NCBI GenBank assembly: GCA_048882505.1
Contig: JBHLRO010000011.1
Coordinates: forward strand, 87,486-119,485
Direction: 5' to 3'
Length of the DNA: 32,000 nt
DNA from: Candidatus Thorarchaeota archaeon
Lineage (GTDB): Archaea; Asgardarchaeota; Heimdallarchaeia; Hodarchaeales; Hodarchaeaceae
Notes under the pieces: model-generated
Databases searched by the model: none
Seen by the model: only the letters and a program-made list of their open reading frames with translations
Told to the model about the DNA's origin: nothing
Position numbers and translations under genes: made by a program
Part shown: one piece after another, positions 8,562 through 18,206 of the stretch
How the letters are laid out: the number at the start of each line of letters is the position of its first letter
How positions within the stretch are numbered: the stretch's first letter is position 1

Positions 8562-11500
8562 ATGGCAACCCGCGAAGAAAAACATGTTCGACTGGAACTT
8601 CCGTCCACGTCGGGCGTGGAATGTGAGATTCACGAAAGCTTTAAACGTGATGAATATATCCTGAAATTTTATCAGAATGAACGCCTCATCAAAACGAGCA
8701 CACTCACAGGACCTTTCGTCCAGGATACGCTTGTAGAATTACTTTCTGAGGCAGAAATTGAATTTTTCAGCTTTTCTGCTATTTTCGATGTAGCTGACCT
8801 ATTATTAGAACATGTTAAAGCGTTTAGAGAGCTGGATTTAGGGGACGATAGTCGTTCCGTCACATCCGAAAGACCGCAGGGCACCATTCAAGAGGCTAAA
8901 CCGGTTTCAAAAGAAAAGGATGTAACAGAGATGGTTGAAACTCCATCGCTTAAAGTAGCTCCAGTACCTATCAAAAAACGACTCGTTGAATATGGCGATA
9001 AACTATTACACAAATTTGAAATGCCCTATTCGCGTAACGGGGAAGCAGGGATTTATCACACTCAAGATGGGAAATTCGCGGTGGTGTTATTTGACGGGGA
9101 AAAACAGGTGGTTCGGAAAAAATACAGCAAGAATTCGGTGGATCAAGATGATTTGGTTAACTTGATCACTGAGGCTGGAATAGAGTTTCTTTCTTTTTCC
9201 GCAATATATGACTCTGCTGAAAAGATTGAGAAGATGATTCAGCACCCTGAAGAATTCACGGAAGAATTAGGGGAAATTGAAACGGCTGTCAGTGACGTTA
9301 CAGATGGCGTAGCAACAGGGCGAACAAAGGAGTTTGAATTTGCTGAGGCCGAACTTGCCATGGTCGATCTTGCCGCATTCGATACTTCGAAATTCAAAAA
9401 TGCTAATGACCTAGACAGGTTCGTTGCGGAATTAACTGACTTTGTAAGCAAAGGCCAACCAATACCCATAAAAGAAATACCAATTGAAAAATCTGGACGG
9501 ACCATATTTGTGGTTTATAGGCAATTAGATCGTTGGTTCGCTCTTTTCAAGTACAGAGACGGAACATCTTCAGATTTACAGGAAGTTGACATCGACCACG
9601 ATGCCATCGCGAAGCTGATCAACCAGAATGTACCACAAATTTCCTTTAGTATATTGTATGATGAGAGCGAGAAAATCCAAAAGGCAATGGAACAACTAGC
9701 GCAACGGCCTATCAGCGATATTGTACTCAATGTAGCCATGGGCCATTTTCTAAAGGTTATTGAAGAATATGAGAAAGAGGGAAACTTGAAAGAAGCTGTT
9801 AAAGGTACCGAGGTTCTGTTTGAAAGGGCAAGGAAGGAACAAAATGCGACTGGGCTCCTACAGTTCGGGAAAAAGCTCATTCGCTATTATGATGATCAAA
9901 AAAAGACCTCTAAGGTAAGTAAGTTTCGAAATAAACTGACTGAGGACCTCCTAGAGATAGATAAAGATACTGCATATGTGTTTGTCGAATCTTCATTAGA
10001 TCCCTTGGCAGAGCAAGAAAAATTCCTCGTTGCGGCGAATCTTTGTGGGCTGCTCTTGGATCGTTATTTAATTGAAGAAGGCTCCCTTGACATTATCGCT
10101 CCTGTACTAAACCTTGGGAAAAAGCAGATCGATCTATATAAAAAGGCTAGACTGCAAACAGTTCAATGGGAAAATGCCGTTAGATACGCTCACTTTGCAA
10201 TAGAGCAGCTTGGAAAGGCCGACCCAGAAGCAATTCCTCGAGAGCAAAGAGAGATCTATAACAAAGACATTGTATACCTACTCGATGTCGCCTTCGAAGT
10301 TCAGGAAGAACAGCAACAATACTTCGAACTAATGGAGTCAATTGAGAAGACACTCCAATTCTTGAAAGAATCAAGGAATAAGGACACATACGCGAAATAC
10401 GTGGATCGGTTCATTCTTACGGCTGAAAACCAAAATAAAAGAGAAAAAGCGTTAGAAGTTGCCTTGGAGGCGGCCCGATACCTTCTAGATGCAGATAATT
10501 ATAGAAAAGCCTGCAACCTGGGTAACCAGGCGATCAAGCTCTTTTATGAGCTGAAAAGAATCGATGATGCCGTTGAATTTAGTTTGGACATTGTTAGGGG
10601 GCTTATCACATTGAGAGAGGCCGAAGCTGCAAGGAATTACTTGAAATTCGCTGAAAGCCTCATCGATCAAGCATATGCAAACGAGGAAACCAAGCGGATC
10701 GAGAAACAGTTAACCCTAGGCGATCTTTTTGGAAAATTAGGTGACCGAGAACATTCTAAATCGTATATTCAGAAAGCTCTACAAACAATACGGGATCCCA
10801 AAGAACGGGAAGAAATTATATTCAATTATGTTGACGAATTATTGAGTAGCAAGGCAATATTGACTGCTCAAGAGATGGCAAACTTGGAACTAGCCCGTCT
10901 GTTGGATGATAAAAAGATCGCAGATGTTTCCGAGTTCTGTATGAAATTCATTGCCAAACTTAAGGCTATTGGAGAACACAACATGGCCTGGGACTATATG
11001 AAGTATTTAGCATCCCTGATGTTCCAAACCGAATTTGTGAATTATGATTTACTCTTAGATTTTGTCAAGGATCTATTAAAACTCAACGCATTTGATCACG
11101 CCGCCTATATGATTGATCAGCTCTCAGCCTTGCAACTAAAGAATAACGATTACACGCGAGCAATTGATAATCTCTCACGATTTGTTGAACACCTATTGAA
11201 AGAAACAGATCGTTTTGACCTTGTAGAAAAGTATACACATAAAACATCGGAAACATATCGTGCCATGGGGGATCCTGAAGGTGCGATTGAACGGCTACTC
11301 ATCTTCCAGGAGGAAATCCTAGAAAAATCGATTGATCTGGCCCAAAAGATTACTGATGAAATTCTGAAGGAGTTAGAGAGTAAAGAAGACTATCAGAAAG
11401 CCATTGATCTTGTTTCAAGAATCATAGATAAGCAGATCGAACAGGAACGGTATCAGGACGCCTATATCTTTAGTGTCCAGAATGCTCGGTATTTAGAAAG

Positions 11501-13982
11501 TCTAGGGTCGATCGATGAAGTGGTGGGATATTTAGAAAGCGTTCGAAGCAAATTCATTGAAAAAGCTCAATATGAAAATTCAGATCGCATGACCGATCTA
11601 ATTCTGCGTTTTGGAAGGGGACATCGGCGATATCCTTTGGTGATTGCTTCGGTAAGGAAATACCTGGAAAAAGTAAAGGAACGGGGGGATAGCGAAGTAA
11701 TAACACGATTCACTCTGGAAATGGCCAAACTATTAGAGGAAGCCGGCAAGGGATCAGAATCGCTAAAAACCCTTCAAATGGTCTTTGATCAGATCTACGA
11801 ATCCGATAAACCGAACGCGCTCAATATTTTTAGGAGAATATTGAAATTAAGGGAGGATAGTGACGATTTTAAGAAAATTGCTTCCAAGTATTTGACCCCC
11901 CTCGTGTTAGAACATCCCGATCCAGAGCTGATCGATACTATCAAAAAAACGTTGTCTCCTTCCTTTGAAGAATTTACAGCCTTTTCAGAGAACTTTTATG
12001 ATAAACTGATAAAATCAGCGAATTTATCCGAGGAAATTGGTGAGGACCTGGTTGATTTTGTCCTCTCAGTGTATATGGACGGATCTGGGGTTGAGGGGGA
12101 CAGACTTTCGGAAAAATATACATCTGTCTTGCTAGAAGCGGATCTGATATCATCAGCTTCCCGATTAATGTCTGGTATGCTGGAAAACACCGAAAAGTCA
12201 TTGGCTGAAATGTTACCAAACGCTTTTGGTTTTATTAAAGGCCTTATTTCTCGAACACTTCTTGAGGGAGCTCGAGAATTCACAGATCGTATTATTCGCA
12301 CTGTAACGACTCAGGAAAGGTTCGGTCATGAGGGGCGACTACTTGCTGCAAAAATTGCAGAGAAATTTACACTATACGTAGCGGCAGAAAATCCAGATCT
12401 AGCCTCAGAATATGCATATCAGGCCTCAGACTTTTATCGAAGTATTAATGACTTTGAAGGAGTTTTAAACGTTTACACTAGCCTTGCAGATGAGGTTACT
12501 TCATCACGCCAGGCCATTCGAACGCTCCAACGTGGTATTACTCTATGCGATAAATATAATGCCCAAAAGTATGGGGCACTTTTGCAGGCGAAGATGACAG
12601 AGTTTTTAATGAGGATAAAGGACCAAAGCGCTGGATCTTCCTTCCAGATGGCCTTGGAAAAGCTCGAAGGGGTTGAGGACTTTGAATTACTCTTTAATAC
12701 TGTCCTACACTTACTAAAAGAAGGCATAGCCGCTGATAATGTAACGCTGGTCAAATCCTACGTTGATTATGCATGTCGGCTGGGAACCATGATTAATACT
12801 AGTGAGAAATTGGGTGCAATCTTGGTCTTTTTATCACGATATGCAAAGAAGAACAATGATGCCGATCTCGAAGCGTCTGTTGAAAAATATCTTTCTGAAT
12901 TTGAAATCAAGGAAAGGAAATATAAAAAAGAATATACTGAGCTAGAGAAAAGGCGTTTAGCTTCCGAATCGGTTGAAGAAGAAGAAATAAAGGTACCAGA
13001 GGCTATTGAAGTTGGTGAGGAATTAGTGGCGCCTCCAGAGCCTACGGACATCTCCAAATTACCGTCCTCATCTCTTCAAGTCTCACCTGAACCATCGGAA
13101 CTTTCTGAAGAGTTCCTAGAGGAAGAAGAAGTGGGAGAGATAGCAGGGCTCGTAGAAGAATCAATCGATATGAAAAATGAAGCTGAGGCCTCTGATAGCC
13201 TTGAACCACAGATTCCACAGGTCGATAGCGATATATTGTCTCTTCCAGAAGATAAAGTTGAAACGTTAACGCAGGCTTCTCTTTCTCAAGAAGAAGCTAT
13301 GTCTCTATTTCCCCAAGAGCATAGGATTGAAGAGCACACCCCCGTTGACCATAAACCTGTTCGCCTCACAGATGATGATGTTGAAAGCTTGTTTGCGCCG
13401 GTCGCTTCGGATTCATCTTCAAGGGATTCCGAACCAATTCCAGATCTCAACACACTGGAAGAGCCACAGGTTTCCAGCGAGGAATGGCAAGTAGACACAT
13501 TTGGCCGTCTTATTCGAAAAGAAGCAGAACCGATTTCTGAGGAAGAAAAAGAAACCACAAGTCCCTCAATTGAGGCATCTCCCGCCGAAGCTATTCCTGA
13601 CCTTACCCCGCTGGAAATCCTCCTTCAAGAAGAAGAATCTGCACGAAAACATGCCGAAGAGGTTGATATTTTGCCTGAAGAGGTTGTAGAAACGCAGCCT
13701 GGGCCCACTGAGAGTCCATTCTCACTACAAGCAACTTCATCGCCAGTAACCTCAATCATAGATGCCTTATCTGAAGACGAAACATCCACCGACAAAGATA
13801 TTTTTGATATCCCACAGGTTTCGTACGAAGAGATTCCTGACAAGGGACCAGAGGAAAAACTCTCTGAGACCCCTGCAGTCCAACCTCCAAGCCTTACTGA
13901 TATGTTTTCAGATGCCTTGTCAGAATTAGGAGGGATTTCAGGTAAAACTGGAGAAAAGACAAAGAAAAAGGATGAGGATTAG
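8562..13982 (+). CDS. Very large (~1,800 aa) protein: three N-terminal repeat domains, SNAP/TPR-like alpha-solenoid, acidic low-complexity tail
   Basis: Uninterrupted 5.4-kb ORF. About 1,100 aa of amphipathic helix pairs (e.g. AARYLLDADNYRKACNLGNQAIKLFYELKRIDDAVEF; ASEYAYQASDFYRSINDFEGVLNVY), then an E/P/S-rich tail from ~12960. ATG 8562 is preferred over TTG 8508. Confidence 0.85.
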   Translation: MATREEKHVRLELPSTSGVECEIHESFKRDEYILKFYQNERLIKTSTLTGPFVQDTLVELLSEAEIEFFSFSAIFDVADLLLEHVKAFRELDLGDDSRSVTSERPQGTIQEAKPVSKEKDVTEMVETPSLKVAPVPIKKRLVEYGDKLLHKFEMPYSRNGEAGIYHTQDGKFAVVLFDGEKQVVRKKYSKNSVDQDDLVNLITEAGIEFLSFSAIYDSAEKIEKMIQHPEEFTEELGEIETAVSDVTDGVATGRTKEFEFAEAELAMVDLAAFDTSKFKNANDLDRFVAELTDFVSKGQPIPIKEIPIEKSGRTIFVVYRQLDRWFALFKYRDGTSSDLQEVDIDHDAIAKLINQNVPQISFSILYDESEKIQKAMEQLAQRPISDIVLNVAMGHFLKVIEEYEKEGNLKEAVKGTEVLFERARKEQNATGLLQFGKKLIRYYDDQKKTSKVSKFRNKLTEDLLEIDKDTAYVFVESSLDPLAEQEKFLVAANLCGLLLDRYLIEEGSLDIIAPVLNLGKKQIDLYKKARLQTVQWENAVRYAHFAIEQLGKADPEAIPREQREIYNKDIVYLLDVAFEVQEEQQQYFELMESIEKTLQFLKESRNKDTYAKYVDRFILTAENQNKREKALEVALEAARYLLDADNYRKACNLGNQAIKLFYELKRIDDAVEFSLDIVRGLITLREAEAARNYLKFAESLIDQAYANEETKRIEKQLTLGDLFGKLGDREHSKSYIQKALQTIRDPKEREEIIFNYVDELLSSKAILTAQEMANLELARLLDDKKIADVSEFCMKFIAKLKAIGEHNMAWDYMKYLASLMFQTEFVNYDLLLDFVKDLLKLNAFDHAAYMIDQLSALQLKNNDYTRAIDNLSRFVEHLLKETDRFDLVEKYTHKTSETYRAMGDPEGAIERLLIFQEEILEKSIDLAQKITDEILKELESKEDYQKAIDLVSRIIDKQIEQERYQDAYIFSVQNARYLESLGSIDEVVGYLESVRSKFIEKAQYENSDRMTDLILRFGRGHRRYPLVIASVRKYLEKVKERGDSEVITRFTLEMAKLLEEAGKGSESLKTLQMVFDQIYESDKPNALNIFRRILKLREDSDDFKKIASKYLTPLVLEHPDPELIDTIKKTLSPSFEEFTAFSENFYDKLIKSANLSEEIGEDLVDFVLSVYMDGSGVEGDRLSEKYTSVLLEADLISSASRLMSGMLENTEKSLAEMLPNAFGFIKGLISRTLLEGAREFTDRIIRTVTTQERFGHEGRLLAAKIAEKFTLYVAAENPDLASEYAYQASDFYRSINDFEGVLNVYTSLADEVTSSRQAIRTLQRGITLCDKYNAQKYGALLQAKMTEFLMRIKDQSAGSSFQMALEKLEGVEDFELLFNTVLHLLKEGIAADNVTLVKSYVDYACRLGTMINTSEKLGAILVFLSRYAKKNNDADLEASVEKYLSEFEIKERKYKKEYTELEKRRLASESVEEEEIKVPEAIEVGEELVAPPEPTDISKLPSSSLQVSPEPSELSEEFLEEEEVGEIAGLVEESIDMKNEAEASDSLEPQIPQVDSDILSLPEDKVETLTQASLSQEEAMSLFPQEHRIEEHTPVDHKPVRLTDDDVESLFAPVASDSSSRDSEPIPDLNTLEEPQVSSEEWQVDTFGRLIRKEAEPISEEEKETTSPSIEASPAEAIPDLTPLEILLQEEESARKHAEEVDILPEEVVETQPGPTESPFSLQATSSPVTSIIDALSEDETSTDKDIFDIPQVSYEEIPDKGPEEKLSETPAVQPPSLTDMFSDALSELGGISGKTGEKTKKKDED

Positions 13983-15133
13983 ATCTGACGCTTGCTTCCG
14001 AACTTCTTAGGATCAAAGAGTGGAAATGTAACCACCTGGGCATCATGGAATCTTCCCCGTATTTCGTATTGAATTAAGGTTCCTGGATCGCTTACCTCTG
14101 GATACACGTACCCCATTCCAACACCTATCTGGAGCAAAGGCGAAAACCCACCCGAGCTTATATGGCCAATTTTTCTTGTATCTTGGTAAAGATTCACTCC
14201 AGATCTCGGGTTTGGCCCTTTTTTAGCCGCCTTCAACCCGATTCTAATAAGATCAGGATCCTTATCTTGTAGGCGCCTTAGTACTTCCTTCCCGATGAAA
14301 TCCGGCCCGTCCATATGTATAAAAGGAGGAAAAAATAAATCCGCTTCAATTGGGGTGATATTCTCATTAATATCGTTACCATAGAGACAATATCCAGCTT
14401 CCAGACGAAGAGAGTCGCGAGCGCCAAGCCCACACGGGATGGAAAATACCTCGGCATTCTTTGGCTCCAATAAGAGATTCCATACTTTTTTCGCATTGGT
14501 AGGATTCTCAACTGTGGTATCAAAGACAATAATTTCATAACCTCTCTCACCAGTGTAGCCTGTACCAGAGAGTATTACTTTTATATTTTCAAAGCTTGTT
14601 TCTACCACATTCCACGGTGATGGCGGATTTAGCTTGCTGAATTTAGTAGAAAGCAATTCAGAAGATAACGGTCCTTGTAATGCAAACATAGCGGAGGAAT
14701 TGGAAATATTGTTGATACTCACATCAACCTGGGAGAATTTTTTGATGGCTTCCAGAACGCTTCGAATCCATAGTTCAATTTTCTGGAGATTACCAGCATT
14801 CCAAACCAGTAACCACTTGTTCTCCTCAATACGTTCAAAAACCAGATCATCTTTAAACCCGCCTTGTTCGTTTAACATAAATGTATACGAAGCTCGTCCT
14901 ACTAATGTTTTGTCAAGGTCTCTAGGGGTCAAGTAATTTATAAAAACATCTGCATCGGAGCCTTCTATCCACATACGTCCCATATGGGAGACATCAAACA
15001 GCCCCGCGCTGTTTCGCACTGCCATATGTTCTTTTTGAATGGATGAATACATTACGGGCATCTGAAATCCCGCAAAGCTGATCAAATCACCATTTTCTTT
15101 GTGGTAGTCATATAATTGAGTTTTCATCAACAT
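13979..15133 (-). CDS. gcvT: Glycine cleavage system aminomethyltransferase T
   Basis: T.LYDYH...G, FAGFQMPVMY, EHMAVR..AGLFDVSHMG, TGYTGERGYE, GLGARDSLRLEAGYCLYG and SGGFSPLL..GVGMGYV. SD GGTGA upstream. Confidence 0.95.
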   Translation of the reverse strand: MLMKTQLYDYHKENGDLISFAGFQMPVMYSSIQKEHMAVRNSAGLFDVSHMGRMWIEGSDADVFINYLTPRDLDKTLVGRASYTFMLNEQGGFKDDLVFERIEENKWLLVWNAGNLQKIELWIRSVLEAIKKFSQVDVSINNISNSSAMFALQGPLSSELLSTKFSKLNPPSPWNVVETSFENIKVILSGTGYTGERGYEIIVFDTTVENPTNAKKVWNLLLEPKNAEVFSIPCGLGARDSLRLEAGYCLYGNDINENITPIEADLFFPPFIHMDGPDFIGKEVLRRLQDKDPDLIRIGLKAAKKGPNPRSGVNLYQDTRKIGHISSGGFSPLLQIGVGMGYVYPEVSDPGTLIQYEIRGRFHDAQVVTFPLFDPKKFGSKRQI

Positions 15134-15316
15134 GGGGGGAAATCACCAGGATACTTAGTAGAGAGAGCTGTGGGGGATGATTCTATCTGATTTACAAAGG
15201 GACATGTCATGAAATGATACGTGGCCTATTTTCAGTGCAGTTATGCGCAAGCCACGAATTCTTTAATATTTTAGCGAATTTTAGGTTGTCAGCGGTAGCT
15301 ATTGGTGATAACACAT

Positions 15317-16648
15317 ATGCATGACGACCCAGGGTTTTTACGCGTAAAGAATATCCTACTGAGGCATCATGAGTACTGGAAGAATGCTATTCCCCTTATC
15401 GCGAGTGAAAATTTAACAACACCAGCAGTTCGTGAGGCTGCAATAAGTGATCTGGCACACAGATATGCGGAGGGATGGATAGGCGAACGAGTCTACCCAG
15501 GAAACCAATACTTTGATGAACTGGAAGAACTTTGTTTAAAACTTCTACGAGAGCTTTTTGATGCGCCATTCGTGGATGCTCGTCCTATTTCGGGGGTCGT
15601 AGCTAACCTAACAGTTTATACAGCTTTTACCCAAGCAAACGACAAGATGTTGGCAATTTCGATTCCCGTTGGGGGACATATCAGCTCGGGCCCCCTCAAA
15701 GCGAAATCAGGGGCCTTTATTGGAGGAACAGCTGGCGCTGTTTCAAGATTAGACGTAGATTACCTTCCGTTTGACAGATATGGCTTAAATATTGACGTGG
15801 ATGCTTCAATTAAAGCTATTCAGGATATAAAACCCAAGCTAGTTCAATTCGGAGCGAGTGTGTTTCTATTTCCTCATCCTGTCGTGGAGTTGGCTGAAAC
15901 GGCACACAATGTTGGAGCCCATGTGAACTATGACGCTGCACATGTAGCGGGGTTGATTGCGGCTAAAAAGTTTCAGGATCCCTTAAGGGAGGGGACAGAT
16001 ACCATGACCATGTCGACCCATAAAACATTCCCGGGACCCCAGAAAGGCCTTGTAATAAGTGCAAAAGAAGAGTTGGTGGATCAGATCAAAGCGGCAGCGT
16101 TCCCTGGGATGACCTCTAACCATCACTTAATGCATGTTGCGGCTCTTGCGGTTGCCGCGGCTGAGTTCAAAAAATTTGGCGAAGCTTATGCAGAACAGGT
16201 GATCAGAAATGCGAAGGCCCTAGGGCAGGCTCTGTACGAAAGAGGATTCCAAGTTGTATGTCCGGATAAGGGTTTTACTGAGTCACATACATTACTTGTC
16301 GATATAAGCAACTTCCAGGGAACTATTGGGCTTGGAGCTGATGTGGAACAACTGCTGGAACGATCTCACATCGTTGCAAATCGAAATCTCCTTCCATGGG
16401 ATGTCATTGAGAAACGTAATTATCGGAATCCTGGTGGAATCCGTATAGGTACCCAAGAGATCACACGGTTAGGTATGAAGGAGACCGAAATGGAAGAGAT
16501 TGCGGAATTATTTAAGGGCGTTTTAATAGACAAGAAGGATCCCCTCGAAATGGCAAAACGGGTTGCTGAATTCCGCCAGGAGTATCAAAAAATCCACTAC
16601 GGCTTTGAATCAACCCGTCAGGCCTACGAGTACATCGAGATTACTTGA
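15317..16648 (+). CDS. glyA: Serine hydroxymethyltransferase, archaeal type
   Basis: LIASEN, HRYAEG...RVY, GGHISS, YDAAHVAGL, PLP-lysine motif STHKTFPGPQ and GIRIGTQE.TR. ATG 15317 follows GGTGAT at 15304-15309. Confidence 0.95.
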   Translation: MHDDPGFLRVKNILLRHHEYWKNAIPLIASENLTTPAVREAAISDLAHRYAEGWIGERVYPGNQYFDELEELCLKLLRELFDAPFVDARPISGVVANLTVYTAFTQANDKMLAISIPVGGHISSGPLKAKSGAFIGGTAGAVSRLDVDYLPFDRYGLNIDVDASIKAIQDIKPKLVQFGASVFLFPHPVVELAETAHNVGAHVNYDAAHVAGLIAAKKFQDPLREGTDTMTMSTHKTFPGPQKGLVISAKEELVDQIKAAAFPGMTSNHHLMHVAALAVAAAEFKKFGEAYAEQVIRNAKALGQALYERGFQVVCPDKGFTESHTLLVDISNFQGTIGLGADVEQLLERSHIVANRNLLPWDVIEKRNYRNPGGIRIGTQEITRLGMKETEMEEIAELFKGVLIDKKDPLEMAKRVAEFRQEYQKIHYGFESTRQAYEYIEIT

Positions 16649-16667
16649 AAGACGTATAAGGGTGAGA

Positions 16668-16982
16668 TTATTCCCAGGCATTAGTTGAAAGCCAATTCTC
16701 TATTACTTCTTTCAAGCTTTCCCAGGTACGGCTGGAGTTTAATGTAAAGGCTTTCATAGGAGCCCAGTAACTTGACATCTTTCCCTCTGCATCGGGATCT
16801 GCCCGATTGCGTTTTTGCCACCGCTGGATAACAACAATCCGTTTATCCGCATTATTGACATGCTGAACTAGAAGGGCGGCGGTCCACCATCGACCACGTC
16901 GCGAAATCGTCTTTCCTTTTATTAAATGGTAATAATCGCTCCTATATGGAAAATTCTCGCTTTCATTGGCTTCAACCATCAA
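16668..16982 (-). CDS. Small hypothetical protein, possible PC4-like ssDNA-binding fold
   Basis: GGAGGT SD upstream. Beta-rich, Trp-rich N-part followed by KAFTLNSSRTWESLKEVIENW, resembling the PC4 C-terminal strand-helix. Confidence 0.6.
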   Translation of the reverse strand: MMVEANESENFPYRSDYYHLIKGKTISRRGRWWTAALLVQHVNNADKRIVVIQRWQKRNRADPDAEGKMSSYWAPMKAFTLNSSRTWESLKEVIENWLSTNAWE

Positions 16983-17057
16983 TCAAACCTCCAAAATAAC
17001 TTTATGAAACCAGCTAGGTTTTTCATTATCAGGAATGAGCTCCGTGGAAAGTACATT

Positions 17058-17079
17058 TTTAAACCCCGTTTAAACCCCG
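17058..17079. repeat. Exact 11-bp tandem duplication TTTAAACCCCG x2
   Basis: Copies at 17058-17068 and 17069-17079, in the divergent intergenic region between starts 16982 and 17107. Confidence 0.8.
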
Positions 17080-17106
17080 TTAGGGAAACGATTTGGAAAT
17101 GATATT

Positions 17107-18129
17107 ATGAATGACTATGAGGTCTCTCTTCATTACGGTAGACTCATTGTTATCCTTCAGTTTGTTCTAATTCCAATTTACTTCTACGTTCTCTCTTTTA
17201 TTTTCAGTAATGGAGTTATATGGTTTTTTGACACTCCCACCCTACATATTTGGTCCGATATTATTGTGTATGGGATTGGACCGCTAGTTATGTCGTTTCC
17301 TTTTCTTCTTTGGACGTTGGGCCGTCGGTATCAAATTTCAGATGCCTACGAAACCTTTGGCTTTGAAGTATGGCGGTTACCAACCTCTATCAGGGCATTT
17401 TACGGATTCAACTTCTTAATTGGTATAATCTTTTTCTTCCCTCTCATAACTCCCATTGTTTCTCTTTTTGGGGGCTATTTTATTGCGGCCTATCTACTTG
17501 GATGGAGAGATCCTGATTCTCGTATCACCACCCAACGTAAAACGCTTCTTCTTACATTGTTATACCTTCCTCTCCCTTTATTTGTTATTTTAGGCTTCTA
17601 TTTCGGATTTGATGCATCAACTCCAGATACTGGTATTTTTAATTTCTTGACTCAACTGTTTATAACCTGGAATGAGAATATAGACCTTCTGTACACCTCC
17701 GCGCTCATTCTAGCTGATGCAGCTACGATTGGTGGAGTTATATATTTCATCTATGAAGGAGCGAAGCAAGTCGATTATACAGTTACTGTTCCTGATCGTT
17801 TGATCACAATCCTATCGATTTTGATGTTTATTTCTCTTGAAAGCCTGTTCTTAATATTTCGGGAATCCTTTGACGTCATTTTGGATTGGATTCATATCGG
17901 AGCGGTGGTTATTGGAATTCTAATGCTGTTCCTAAGGTATTGGAAAGGGTTAACAACAACGAGGGATACAAGCATAAGGGGTTGGTTAACCCTTGTTATA
18001 TTCCAAATTGTTAACTTTGCTTCAGGAAATCTTGCCGCAATTAGTCAATCAACAGCTATCTTACTGGCCTTCAGTATATTCTTGTTTCTTTTTGGCAGCG
18101 CTTATCGACACGCAAGTAAACGTTATTAA
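17107..18129 (+). CDS. Hypothetical polytopic membrane protein (~9-10 TM segments)
   Basis: Repeated long hydrophobic stretches. No recognised family motif. Confidence 0.8.
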   Translation: MNDYEVSLHYGRLIVILQFVLIPIYFYVLSFIFSNGVIWFFDTPTLHIWSDIIVYGIGPLVMSFPFLLWTLGRRYQISDAYETFGFEVWRLPTSIRAFYGFNFLIGIIFFFPLITPIVSLFGGYFIAAYLLGWRDPDSRITTQRKTLLLTLLYLPLPLFVILGFYFGFDASTPDTGIFNFLTQLFITWNENIDLLYTSALILADAATIGGVIYFIYEGAKQVDYTVTVPDRLITILSILMFISLESLFLIFRESFDVILDWIHIGAVVIGILMLFLRYWKGLTTTRDTSIRGWLTLVIFQIVNFASGNLAAISQSTAILLAFSIFLFLFGSAYRHASKRY

Positions 18130-18206
18130 CTTGGATCATAGCTTTATTGACAAAGATAACACCGAAATCTTTTAGGTCAGTGGGGAGATTCCATTAGGTG
18201 ACTGAA

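Noticed and set aside
8672-13843. Many Ser-rich antisense ORFs within the giant gene, and similar ones opposite gcvT, egsA and aCPSF1
   Set aside because: These are expected shadows of Glu/Asp/Leu-rich coding strands and show no independent motifs.
15134-15301. Glycine riboswitch between divergent gcvT and glyA
   Set aside because: The conserved aptamer motifs were not found on either strand; only a short CGTGGC/GCCACG stem is present.
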